64,000 bases of DNA. Origin: Candidatus Eiseniibacteriota bacterium. Its GTDB lineage: Bacteria > Eisenbacteria > RBG-16-71-46. The DNA is taken from assembly GCA_963717505.1 (NCBI GenBank), contig OY970342.1, positions 1,184,001-1,248,000 on the forward strand. The letters run 5' to 3'. Every line of letters begins with the position of its first letter. The first letter of the stretch is position 1. Shown here in pieces: positions 9,704 to 18,828 of the stretch. The translations under genes and the position numbers were made by a program. The notes beneath the pieces were generated by a model, which did not search any database, was not told where the DNA came from, and saw only the letters and a program-made list of their open reading frames with translations.

Positions 9704-10426
9704 ATGAAGCGCGTGCTGATCGTCGAAGACGAAGAAGGACTGCTCGAGGGCCTGTCGCATAACTTCAAGTTCGAGGGCTACGAAGTGATGACGGCGAAGA
9801 CCGGGACCGAAGGTCTCAAGATCGCCCTCAAACAGAAGCCCGACGTCATCCTGCTCGACATCATGCTGCCCGAGAAGGACGGTTTCACCGTGCTCAAGGA
9901 GCTGCGGCAGCGGCATCGGGACATCCCGGTACTGATCCTGACCGCGCGCAATTTCGAAGCCGACGTGCTCAAGGGCTTCGACCTGGGCGCGGACGACTAC
10001 GTCACCAAACCGTTCGGCGCGAAAGAGGTGGTGGCGAGGGTCAAGCGCCTGCTCCAGCGCGGCACCACCGGCGCCGGCACCGGACAGCCGATTCCCGCGA
10101 TCTATTCGTTCGGCGACGTCGAGGTGCGGTTCGAACCGCGCGAAGTCCACAAGAGCAGCAGCCAGGTTCCGCTGTCGTACAAGGAGTTCGAGCTGCTCAA
10201 GTACCTGATCGAGCACCGCGGACGCACCGTCTCGCGCGAGGAGCTGCTCGAGGAGATCTGGGGCGTGGACGAAGATCTGGGCGTCACCACCCGCACCGTC
10301 GACACCCACGTCTCGAACCTGCGTTCGAAGCTCGGCACCGGATTCGAGACCCCGTTCATCGTGGCGGTGCACAAGGTCGGCTACAAGTTCGTCGAGCCGC
10401 CGGGCGCCAAGGCGGTCGGCGTCTGA
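9704..10426 (+). CDS. OmpR-family response regulator
   Basis: MKRVLIVEDE, LLDIMLP, GADDYVTKPF, winged-helix RTVDTHVSNLRSKL. Confidence 0.95.
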   Translation: MKRVLIVEDEEGLLEGLSHNFKFEGYEVMTAKTGTEGLKIALKQKPDVILLDIMLPEKDGFTVLKELRQRHRDIPVLILTARNFEADVLKGFDLGADDYVTKPFGAKEVVARVKRLLQRGTTGAGTGQPIPAIYSFGDVEVRFEPREVHKSSSQVPLSYKEFELLKYLIEHRGRTVSREELLEEIWGVDEDLGVTTRTVDTHVSNLRSKLGTGFETPFIVAVHKVGYKFVEPPGAKAVGV

Positions 10427-10448
10427 TCGAACGCGGGTCCCTTCCGGC

Positions 10449-11390
10449 TCAGTCGCCGGAAACGTAGTCGGCGGCGGCCCGCGCCAGCTTCGCGAACTCT
10501 TCGAGCGTCAGCGTCTCGCCACGGCGCTCGACGGCGATGCCCGCGTGCCGGCACAAACGCTCGATCTGGTCTTTGCCCAGGTCGAGGGCGGTCGCCAGCG
10601 TATTCGCGAGTTGCTTGCGACGCTGCTGGAACGAGCCGCGGATGATCCGGAACAACAGCGCTTCGCTCGGCACCTGGACCGGCGGCTCGGTGCGCAGGAA
10701 GAATCGCACCAGCATGCTCTCGACCTCGGGCCGTGGCCAGAACGCCGATGCGTGAACGGTCATCAGCGGCTCGAGCAGCGCATGGTAGCGGGCGAACAGC
10801 GTCAGCGACCCGTATTCGGGGGATCCTGCGGCGGCCGCCAGACGCTCGGCATACTCCTTCTGCACCAGCAGCACCGCGGCGCGCACCACGGCCCGCTGCG
10901 CGAACAGATGCTCGATCACCGGGGTCGTGATGTTGTACGGAATGTTGCCGACCACGACCAGCCGGTCGACGCCGTACTCGCGGGCGAGCGGGGCTAGATC
11001 GAACTCGAGGAAGTCGCCCTCGACCAGAGTGACCCGGGGCAGATCGCCGAACTCCTCGCGCAGATGTTCCGCGAGTCCGGCGTCCTTCTCGACGGCGATC
11101 AAGTGACGCGCCCGGCCGACCAGGTGCTCGGTCAGGGCACCCGTGCCGGGTCCGATCTCGACCACGATGTCGTCTTCGCGCAGATGGCAGTGCTCGGCGA
11201 TCCGCAGGGCGACCTGGGGGCGGACCAGGAAGTTCTGGCCGAAGCGCCGGCGGGGCGAGAGCCCGCGAGCGGCCAGGATGTTCTTGATCTGCTGGGGGCC
11301 GCCGCGCTCGAGTTGGGCGCGCTCGCGAACGTGGGGAGAAACCCGCGCGCGATCGGGAGTCGAGGACGCGAGACGACGACGGCGTTGCAT
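10449..11390 (-). CDS. rsmA: 16S rRNA m6,2A1518/1519 dimethyltransferase
   Basis: FGQNFL, EIGPGTG, GNIPYNIT, FQQRRKQL. Exact start uncertain. Confidence 0.95.
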   Translation of the reverse strand: MQRRRRLASSTPDRARVSPHVRERAQLERGGPQQIKNILAARGLSPRRRFGQNFLVRPQVALRIAEHCHLREDDIVVEIGPGTGALTEHLVGRARHLIAVEKDAGLAEHLREEFGDLPRVTLVEGDFLEFDLAPLAREYGVDRLVVVGNIPYNITTPVIEHLFAQRAVVRAAVLLVQKEYAERLAAAAGSPEYGSLTLFARYHALLEPLMTVHASAFWPRPEVESMLVRFFLRTEPPVQVPSEALLFRIIRGSFQQRRKQLANTLATALDLGKDQIERLCRHAGIAVERRGETLTLEEFAKLARAAADYVSGD

Positions 11391-11399
11391 GCCCCGATC

Positions 11400-12389
11400 T
11401 TACGGGACGCGGGCGATCGTTGCCGGACCTTCGGCGCGAAGCTCGGCCAGCGCGTGCGCGGCATGGTGTCGCACCCACCACTCGGGATCCTGAAGCAGCG
11501 GCGTGAGCGGCCGGATCGCGGTCGGGTCACCCAGGCGGCCGAGCGAGCGAGCGGCCTGCGCGCGAACCTCCCACGAGCCGTCGGTCAGGGCGCGGATCAG
11601 ATCCGGCGCCGCCTCGGTCAGGCCCAGCCGGCCCAGGGCGCGGGTCGCGGCCACGCGCAGATCGGTCGATGAACTCTCGAGCCGCCTCAGGATGGCGGGG
11701 ACCGCCGGCCGATGCCCCGCCGCTCCCAGCCGCTCGATCACCGAGCGTTCGAGAGCCTCATCGCCGATCCCCGCCAGCAAACGTTCGGCGAGCAATGCCG
11801 TGGCTCCCGGGCCGAAGGCGCGCAGCAGCGCCGTGCGCGAACGTGGCGTGCGCGAGGCGAAGTACGAGGGGTGATCGAGGATCCAGCGCAGGGTGCGCGC
11901 GTCGCGCTGCCGGGCGAGCGACTGTGCCGCGGCGTAGGCGACCAGCTCCGGTCCCTGTTCCAGTGCGTCGCGCAGCGCACGACGCGAGGATGCCGAGTGG
12001 ATGAATCCGAGCCGGCGCGCGGCCAGCTCGCGGCGCCACGGCGACTCGTGGCGCAGGGCCCGGCGTTCGCGTCGGTGGTGGCCGAGATCCGCGATCGCGT
12101 TCGACAGCCGGCGGAGCGCGCGGCCGTCGAGGTCGAGCGCCAGCGTTTCGAGCGCACCCCAGAACGTGACCTCGTCGGCGGCGCGAGCCTGCCGCCGGAT
12201 CGCGTGTGCGGAGCCGTCGGGGCCGGAATGCTCGCGCCAGATCCGCGCCACGACCGCCATCTGCTCGCGCGCGCGCTGCCGGTCGCGCCGCGAACGAATG
12301 CGCCCGAGCCAGAGCGCGGCCGCGACCAGGCCGAAGAACAGGACGGTCGCCGAGACCGTGGCCAGGAGCGAGAACACCGTGGGCATCAC
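11400..12389 (-). CDS. Membrane-anchored HEAT-repeat protein
   Basis: N-terminal TM; repeats of the form D.SWEVRAQAARSLGRLG and DPEWWVRHHAAHAL. Confidence 0.8.
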   Translation of the reverse strand: MMPTVFSLLATVSATVLFFGLVAAALWLGRIRSRRDRQRAREQMAVVARIWREHSGPDGSAHAIRRQARAADEVTFWGALETLALDLDGRALRRLSNAIADLGHHRRERRALRHESPWRRELAARRLGFIHSASSRRALRDALEQGPELVAYAAAQSLARQRDARTLRWILDHPSYFASRTPRSRTALLRAFGPGATALLAERLLAGIGDEALERSVIERLGAAGHRPAVPAILRRLESSSTDLRVAATRALGRLGLTEAAPDLIRALTDGSWEVRAQAARSLGRLGDPTAIRPLTPLLQDPEWWVRHHAAHALAELRAEGPATIARVP

Positions 12390-12466
12390 CCGGGTTTCGG
12401 CCCCGGTCGCTCCGTGCTTGAGACGGGGCAGAGCCGGATTTGTGATCGCGTCCGCCGAACCCGAGA

Positions 12467-12820
12467 ATGCCGCCGATGCCTCGTCGTTCCCACCCGTGGC
12501 GCGGATGGCTCACGCCCGCACTCGCCCTGCTCGCTGCCGGTCCGCTGTCGCTGACGGCCGCGCTGCTCGTGCTCCTGCTCAACGCCCGTCAATTCGCCTC
12601 CGGGCCGGGGGAGCCGACCGCGGGGCGCGAGGAGGCCTGGGCCGCGATGTGGTTCGCCCTCGGCATCGTGGCGATCGGCCACGCGGTGTCGGCGGCAACC
12701 GCCGTGGTCCTCGCGGGTCGCTGGCTGATGCACCGTCGGCCGCTGGCTCTGCCGATCCGCATCGGCATCGGGTACGGCCTGGTGGCCGCGATCGTCATGG
12801 TCTGGTACTTCCTGTCGTAG
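12467..12820 (+). CDS. Small hypothetical membrane protein (3 TM)
   Basis: Three hydrophobic segments; fills the gap between the HEAT gene and tatD. Confidence 0.55.
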   Translation: MPPMPRRSHPWRGWLTPALALLAAGPLSLTAALLVLLLNARQFASGPGEPTAGREEAWAAMWFALGIVAIGHAVSAATAVVLAGRWLMHRRPLALPIRIGIGYGLVAAIVMVWYFLS

Positions 12821-12833
12821 CCGATCCCGGGGC

Positions 12834-13607
12834 TCAGCTCGAATCACCGATCGGCATGCGGAACAGGTCGCGGGCGTTGGCGGTGGTCAGGCGCACCACC
12901 TCTTCGATGGACAGGCCGCGTGCCTGCGCGATGCGCGCAACCACACGGCGGAGCAGCGCAGGTTCGTTGCGCTTCAGCGAGCGCGGTTCCGGCTCGAGGT
13001 AGGGCGAGTCGGTCTCGAGCAACAGCATCTCGGCCGGCGCCATCGCGAGCGCTTCGTCCAGCTCGGCGTGACCGTAGGTCGCGCAGCCGCCGATCCCGAG
13101 TTTGAAGCCGAGCCCGGCGGCGCGTTCGACCGCGTTCGGGCCATCGTCGAAACAGTGGAGCACCCCGCCCGCCGCCGGTCGCATTTCCTCGAGGATCGCC
13201 AGCGTGTCCTCGAGTGCGCTGCGCTGGTGGATCACGACCGGCAGGCCCATCTGGTCGGCGAGCGCGAGCTGGGCGCGGAACCAGCGTTCCTGGTCGGCGC
13301 GCGGCGCGTAGTCCCGGAAGAAGTCGAGCCCGGTCTCGCCGATCGCGACCACGCGCGCATGCCGGGCGTGATCGCGGAGCGTTTCCAGGTACGAGTCGGG
13401 GACGCGGGCCGATTCGCTGGGATGAACGCCGACGCACAGGTAAACATTGGGGTGAGCGCGCGCCAGATCGTGGGCCTTGGCCACGATCTCGGGCGCATAG
13501 GCGATCTCGATGAAGTGCCGGACCCCGGCCTCGAAGGCGCGGCGCAGGACGTCCTCGCGGTCCTTGTCGAAGCGCTTGTCACACAGATGGCAATGGGTGT
13601 CGATCAT
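12834..13607 (-). CDS. tatD: TatD family DNase
   Basis: MIDTHCH, GVHP, IGETGLD, LHCF, LETDSP, RNEP. Confidence 0.95.
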   Translation of the reverse strand: MIDTHCHLCDKRFDKDREDVLRRAFEAGVRHFIEIAYAPEIVAKAHDLARAHPNVYLCVGVHPSESARVPDSYLETLRDHARHARVVAIGETGLDFFRDYAPRADQERWFRAQLALADQMGLPVVIHQRSALEDTLAILEEMRPAAGGVLHCFDDGPNAVERAAGLGFKLGIGGCATYGHAELDEALAMAPAEMLLLETDSPYLEPEPRSLKRNEPALLRRVVARIAQARGLSIEEVVRLTTANARDLFRMPIGDSS

Positions 13608-13759
13608 GCGCTGCACGTGGCAAAGCCGTGGACGTCGTCGAAGCACGGGTCGTCGAGCAGGGAGCCGAGCATCGTGTCCTCGGCGCGGTAGACGGTGCCC
13701 ATGCCGCCCGAGCCGATCGCCTCGAGGATCTTGTAGTGGGATAGTCGACGGCCGATCAC
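13604..13759 (-). pseudogene. 51-aa remnant of a Hanks-type Ser/Thr protein kinase (not in the ORF track)
   Basis: Translates as MIGRRLSHYKILEAIGSGGMGTVYRAEDTMLGSLLDDPCFDDVHGFATCSA*; AGGAGG RBS; TGA overlaps the tatD ATG (ATGA). Confidence 0.75.
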
Positions 13760-13833
13760 GAAGGGCTTCCTCCTGGCCGGAACCGCGCCAGTCGCGGGCG
13801 CGAAGCGGCCGCAGGGGATCCCGGAGGGGGAAG

Positions 13834-14268
13834 ATGATGGTCGAAGGTCGACCGGGACCGCAACGCGCAGCTGCCCTGGCGGCCGATCTGGCCCGGGCGC
13901 TCGACGCTGAGGACTACGACGCGGTCGGGCCGCGCATCGCCGAAGACTGCGTCTACGAGACGGCGACCGCGGCGATCCGGGGAGCCGAGCCGATCGTCGC
14001 GTCGTACGCGACTTCGGGCGCGTGGACCCGGCGGACGTTCGAGGACGTGCGCTACGAGAGCCGGGTCGAGTCGCTCGACGACCACTCGGCCGCGATCGAG
14101 TTCACGGACTACCTGCTGTCGGCCGGGAACGGATGGCACCGCTATCGCTGCCGCCAGGAATTCACGTTCGGCGACGACGATCGCGTGATCCGCATCATCC
14201 ACCGCGAGCTGCCCGGCGAGCGCGAAGCGCTGAATGCGTTTCTCGCCCGATGCGGGATCGAGGCGTGA
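13834..14268 (+). CDS. NTF2/SnoaL-like protein
   Basis: GGAGG RBS; ALDAEDY...IAEDCVY...IRGAEPIVASY and IIHRELPGE pattern. Confidence 0.7.
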   Translation: MMVEGRPGPQRAAALAADLARALDAEDYDAVGPRIAEDCVYETATAAIRGAEPIVASYATSGAWTRRTFEDVRYESRVESLDDHSAAIEFTDYLLSAGNGWHRYRCRQEFTFGDDDRVIRIIHRELPGEREALNAFLARCGIEA

Positions 14269-14319
14269 CCCGCGACCTCGATCGCCCTCGCCGCGGGGTA
14301 GACCGTTCGCAGGATTCCT

Positions 14320-15402
14320 CTACGGCATCACCAGAACCAGCCTCGGGTAGATGAGATTCTCGTTGGCGACTCGTTCGCGATTCAGATCCCAGATCTCGGG
14401 CCAGCGCGCCACGTCCCCCAGCTCGCGTTGGGCGATGAGGCTCAGCGTGTCCCCCGGCTTGACCGTGTAGTTCTTCTTGCCGGGCACGGGCTTCATGAAG
14501 ACCTCCGACGAGCTCGACAGGTACTCGCGCATCAGATCCGCGTACTGCGGCGTCGCCTTGAAGCCGTCGATTGCCTGGTTGATCTCGTAGACGAGGTCGT
14601 AGTTCCCCTTGGGGACGCCAACCGCGTACTTGGACTGGTTGAGGTTGTATTTCACGATGACGGTGCGTGGATGGTTCTTGATCTCCTCGGCGGCGAAGGG
14701 GTAGTCGTAGATCAGCGCGTCGGCCTGATCGTTCTCGACGGCTTCGAACCAGCCGTCGTCGCCCGAGAACTTGCTGATGTGCGCCCCCGGAATGTTCTGC
14801 TCCACCCACCGCTCGGCCGCCGGATCGTCGTAGATGGCGATGCGCTTCCCGGACAGATCGCCGGGCGAGCGGAACTGGGAGACCATGCCTTCGTGCACGA
14901 TCATGCACAGTCCGAAATCGAGGTATCCGTTCGACCAGTCGACACCCTCGATGGACGGATCGGGGACGTAGCCGGCCATGATGAGATCGATGTCGCCGGC
15001 GGCGAGCCGCGCCGGCAGATCCTCGTAGTCCGCCTCGAGCACTTCGACCTTCTTGGCGCCGATGGCCTCGGCGACGACGCCGGCCATGCGAAAGTCGAAC
15101 CCGTCCTCCTGCTTCCGTGCGTTCACGAAGTGGAGGGGCGGCGCGTCGGGCTCCATGCCGACACGCATCGTGCCGCTGCTCCGGACGCGAGCGAGGACGC
15201 CGCCCTGGGAGGAAGGCGTCCCGCGCGTGTCACCGCTCTCCTTCCGATCCGCGCTCGGCAAGCCGCCCGGGAGCTTGAAGGGCAGGCGGTCACGATAAGA
15301 CCATGCGGCAAAGCCGAGCACGGCCAGCCCCACGACGACGATCAGCAGACGGCCGGCCGCCGTGAGACGGACGGCACCTTTTTCCGATCCCCACATGTTC
15401 AT
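14320..15402 (-). CDS. Membrane-anchored family-3 (polar amino acid) solute-binding protein with C-terminal LysM domain
   Basis: TM LLIVVVGLAVLGFAAW; VRSSGTMRVG...PPLHF...DGFD; LysM YTVKPGDTLSLIA...NLIYP; ATGA overlap with the upstream gene and GGAGG RBS. Confidence 0.85.
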   Translation of the reverse strand: MNMWGSEKGAVRLTAAGRLLIVVVGLAVLGFAAWSYRDRLPFKLPGGLPSADRKESGDTRGTPSSQGGVLARVRSSGTMRVGMEPDAPPLHFVNARKQEDGFDFRMAGVVAEAIGAKKVEVLEADYEDLPARLAAGDIDLIMAGYVPDPSIEGVDWSNGYLDFGLCMIVHEGMVSQFRSPGDLSGKRIAIYDDPAAERWVEQNIPGAHISKFSGDDGWFEAVENDQADALIYDYPFAAEEIKNHPRTVIVKYNLNQSKYAVGVPKGNYDLVYEINQAIDGFKATPQYADLMREYLSSSSEVFMKPVPGKKNYTVKPGDTLSLIAQRELGDVARWPEIWDLNRERVANENLIYPRLVLVMP

Positions 15403-17049
15403 CGACGTCCCTCCGTTGCACCGACCTCGACCAACATCGCCGAGGCGCCGCTGTCGGCCGGCGCCCCGCTCAATAGAGACATGACGGCCTTGGCGACGTC
15501 CAAGCCGGACTGCGCCGCGCCGTTCATGTATCCCTGAAAGTCGTAACTGCAGTGCTCGCCCGCAAAGAAGAGATTGCCGACCGGCATCCCCTCGGAATTG
15601 GCGATGGTGGTCCACTGGCCGGGCTTGTAGCAGGAGTAGCTGCCCTTGGTCCACGGGAAGGTCGGCCAGTGGAACCGGGACACCTTGCCGTTGCGCTTCG
15701 CCAGCGCACCCGGGTACGCGCGCTCGATCCCCGGCAAGAGCCGCGCCGCCGCCGCCTCGGCCGTGCCGTTGCCGGACTCGATGCCGAGCCGCCCGCCCGA
15801 GTAGAGCGTGAGCCCGCCCTCGGCGCCGGGCTGCAGGAAGCTGTTGTCCCAGGCGAGCTGGAACATCTCGTCCGAGTAGGTGGAGCCGGTGTAGCCCTGC
15901 TCGATCCACGGCCGGTTGCGGAACCCAACCAGAACCTTCGCGTTCGTTCCGTAGCCAAGCTCCTGAATCGCCTTCTTTTTGACCGGCGGCAGATCCACCT
16001 GCTCGAACGTCACTTCGCGCAACAGCGTGAACGGAATCGCCAGGACCACGACGTCGGCGTGCTCGTCCTTCGCGCCACTGTCGGTCTGGAAGGTCAGCGT
16101 GAATCCCTTGCCCCGGCCGCGAATGGCCTCGAGCCGGTGGCGCCTCTGAATCTGCGGAGCGACACGCCGGGCCAGTTCGTCCACGAGCTGCTGGTTGCCG
16201 CCGCGCACCTTGTAGCGCTCGTCGCTCTCGCCGAGCAGGTCGAACCGGGCCGCGTCGGCCAGGTCCCCCGTGCCGATGAGGAACAGGAAGTTGAGCGCCG
16301 ATTGCTCGCCCGCTTCCAACCCGTACTCCGTGACGTACGCGACATCGAGGACCTTGCGCAGCCAGCCGCTCGCACCGATCGAGTCGAGGTACTCGGCCAC
16401 CGACATCCGATCGAAGGTCGCCGCCGCCGCCTTCGGTCTGCCAGTCGACGACCTCGCCCATCGAGTCGTAGTGCTCCTGGATCTTCTTCGCCAGCGGCAC
16501 GAACTCGCGGGCCGCCTGGGCGATCGTGTAGTGCCGGCCGCCGACGAAGTACGTCTCCTTCTTGAGACGGCTCGCCTCGGGGTCCAGGGTGTCGAGCTGC
16601 CCGAGGCCGAACTCGTTCATCAGGGCCAGCATCTCCTCGTGACCGCTGTCGATGAATTCACCGCCCAGCTCGGTCGTGATCCCGGTGCCGAGGAGGTCCT
16701 TGGCCGTAAACATCCGGCCGCCGGTCCGGTCGGAGCCTTCGAAGACCTTTGCGGTCAGGCCGGCCTTCTGGAGCTTGTAGGCCGCGTTGAGTCCGGCCAT
16801 GCCGGCGCCGACGATGACGACACGGGCGGCGCCTGCGCCACGCGCGGACCCTGCCCGCGACGACTTCCCGGGGGTGCAGCTCACCATCGCCCCGGCGGCC
16901 GCCAGGGCAGACACCTGGAGGAAGCGCCGGCGGCTGTAAGCCATCTCGACCAGCTCGTCGAGCGGCGGGAGGTCCGTCCGTTCGCGAGCGGCCAGGGTCG
17001 CCAGCCGAATGGCGCGGTTGATCGAATCGAACAGGGGCGTTCGGGCCAC
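15399..17049 (-). CDS. Tat-exported flavin monoamine oxidase family protein (one frameshift near 16420)
   Basis: SRRRFL twin-arginine signal followed by a Cys (AMVSC); VVIVGAGMAGL; RTGGR; ELGGEFI; second frame 15399..16406 has FFAGEH...GYMNGAAQSG. Confidence 0.85.
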
Positions 17050-17088
17050 GGTTACCTCCCTCGAGAACGTCGGGTCGATCCCCGGCGC

Positions 17089-18828
17089 TCAGTCGTTGAG
17101 CAGGACGCGAAGTTCGTTGATCCTCGACTGAAGCGCCGCGCGGTCCACGGTGCGATAAACGTCCGGCAAAACCTCCTTCGACGTGCACTCCTGGACGGCC
17201 ACGAGGATCTGTAGCTCGCGCTCCAGATGGCTCGAGGCCGAGACGAAGTCCTCGAAGACGCCTTTGAGCACCTCGCGAGGGATCGGCAGGTCGCTGCCAT
17301 CGCCGCCGGCATCCGCGACCAGGGCCGCCCGGGCCAGGATGGCTTCGATGTCCGCCCCCGAAAGGCCCGACGGGTCGCCGGCCACCTCGCGGATCGACGT
17401 GGCGTTCGTCGTGAGGCCGCCCTTCTTGAGCATGATCTTGAACAGCGCGTCGTACTCCGAATCGTTCTGGGGGTAGAAGAGCGCGAGATGCTCCTCGGCC
17501 CGCCCCTGACGCTTCAAGTCGATCGGCAGCAGGTCGGGCCGGCAGGTGATCAGGAACCAGACGATCCGGCCGCGGTACTCGGTATTCGCCATGAACGAGG
17601 CGAGCTGGGCGAAGACGCGATTGGACGTGCCGGAGTCGCCCTCCTGATTGCGGTCGCCGAGAAACGCGTCGGCTTCGTCGATGATGACGCCCACCGGCCA
17701 CATCGCGTGGAGCAGCTTGAGGATCTTCTCGAGATTGCCTTCGGTCACGCCCTGCCACTGGGAACGGAAGTTCAGGAACTTGACGCACGGAAACCCGATC
17801 TCGCCGGTGAAGCAATTGACCAGGAAGGTCTTGGCCGAGCCGACCGGCCCGGCGATGAGATAGCCCATCGGCACTCCGCGCAACCGGCCCGACAGGATGG
17901 CCTGGGCCGCGCGGCGCAGCCGCTGCTTGACCCCTTCGTGCCCGGACACCATGTCGAGGGTGAACTTCGACTCCACGTATTCGAGGAGGCCGAAGCACTC
18001 GGCTTCGAGCACCGCCTTCTTCTGTTGGCGTAGCTCGCCGGCGTCGAGCCGCGCCCGTCGCTCGTCCACCGAGGACAGGATCTGCCGGAGCTGGATGCGC
18101 GCCAGACCCGACGTGAGTCGGGACAGCCGCTCGGCGGTCAGATCCGAGTTGGCCGCGAACCACGCTCCATCGCGGACCGACTGGATGAACGCGAGCCGCT
18201 CGGCCTCTCCCGGCCGCTCGACTTCGATCTCGATGGTTTGGGGCGAGCGCACGATCCGCGTGCTCAGGTCGGCCAGGTTCTCGGTGACGAGTACGAACGT
18301 CACATTGGCGGCGAGCAGCGCCGGATCGGTCGACCATTTCTGAAAGAACAGGCGGGAGGCGCGATCTTCGGCGCCGGCGTCACCGGCTGATTCGGGAATC
18401 AACGTCTCGGCGTAGGGGAAGATCACCGCCACGCCGACCGAGGAGGGTCGATTCACCATCTGTTTGAGGAACGAGTCGAGCAGAGAAAGGAACCGGCCCG
18501 GATCGCGCGGGGTCGAGCGCGCGTAGTCAGTACCGTGGATGGCGTCCACGGCCTCGAGGACCTCATTGAAGAGCTTATGGGACTCGCGGGTATGGAAGGT
18601 GGCGCCGTTGGCGCGCTGGTACTCGAGCACGACCTCGCGCGCGCCGAAGATCCGCTCGGCGAGCCACGCCGTCAGCGGAAGGAAACGGGGAGTGCTCCCC
18701 GACTCGGGTGGCACCGGGACGACGTCATGGGTGTTGCCGTGCAGGATGAACGTGTTGCCGAGGCGGGCCCGAATGCCGTGAACCAGCCTGCCGGCCCAGG
18801 CCGGCCCGATGTCGGCCGCCGTACTCAA
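17089..18828 (-). CDS. Classical-clade AAA+ ATPase with a degenerate N-terminal AAA-like module
   Basis: Walker A GPVGSAKT; pore loop SQWQGVTEGNL; Walker B VIIDEAD; SRH ITCRPDLLPIDLKRQGR; TTG start overlapping the upstream TGA. Confidence 0.85.
   Translation of the reverse strand: MSTAADIGPAWAGRLVHGIRARLGNTFILHGNTHDVVPVPPESGSTPRFLPLTAWLAERIFGAREVVLEYQRANGATFHTRESHKLFNEVLEAVDAIHGTDYARSTPRDPGRFLSLLDSFLKQMVNRPSSVGVAVIFPYAETLIPESAGDAGAEDRASRLFFQKWSTDPALLAANVTFVLVTENLADLSTRIVRSPQTIEIEVERPGEAERLAFIQSVRDGAWFAANSDLTAERLSRLTSGLARIQLRQILSSVDERRARLDAGELRQQKKAVLEAECFGLLEYVESKFTLDMVSGHEGVKQRLRRAAQAILSGRLRGVPMGYLIAGPVGSAKTFLVNCFTGEIGFPCVKFLNFRSQWQGVTEGNLEKILKLLHAMWPVGVIIDEADAFLGDRNQEGDSGTSNRVFAQLASFMANTEYRGRIVWFLITCRPDLLPIDLKRQGRAEEHLALFYPQNDSEYDALFKIMLKKGGLTTNATSIREVAGDPSGLSGADIEAILARAALVADAGGDGSDLPIPREVLKGVFEDFVSASSHLERELQILVAVQECTSKEVLPDVYRTVDRAALQSRINELRVLLND

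Noticed and set aside
14320-17049. 909-aa 'amine oxidase-SBP-LysM fusion' in the ORF track
   Set aside because: Artefact of the frameshift near 16420. The middle is off-frame, the oxidase continues in 15399..16406, and the SBP has its own RBS and ATG at 15402.
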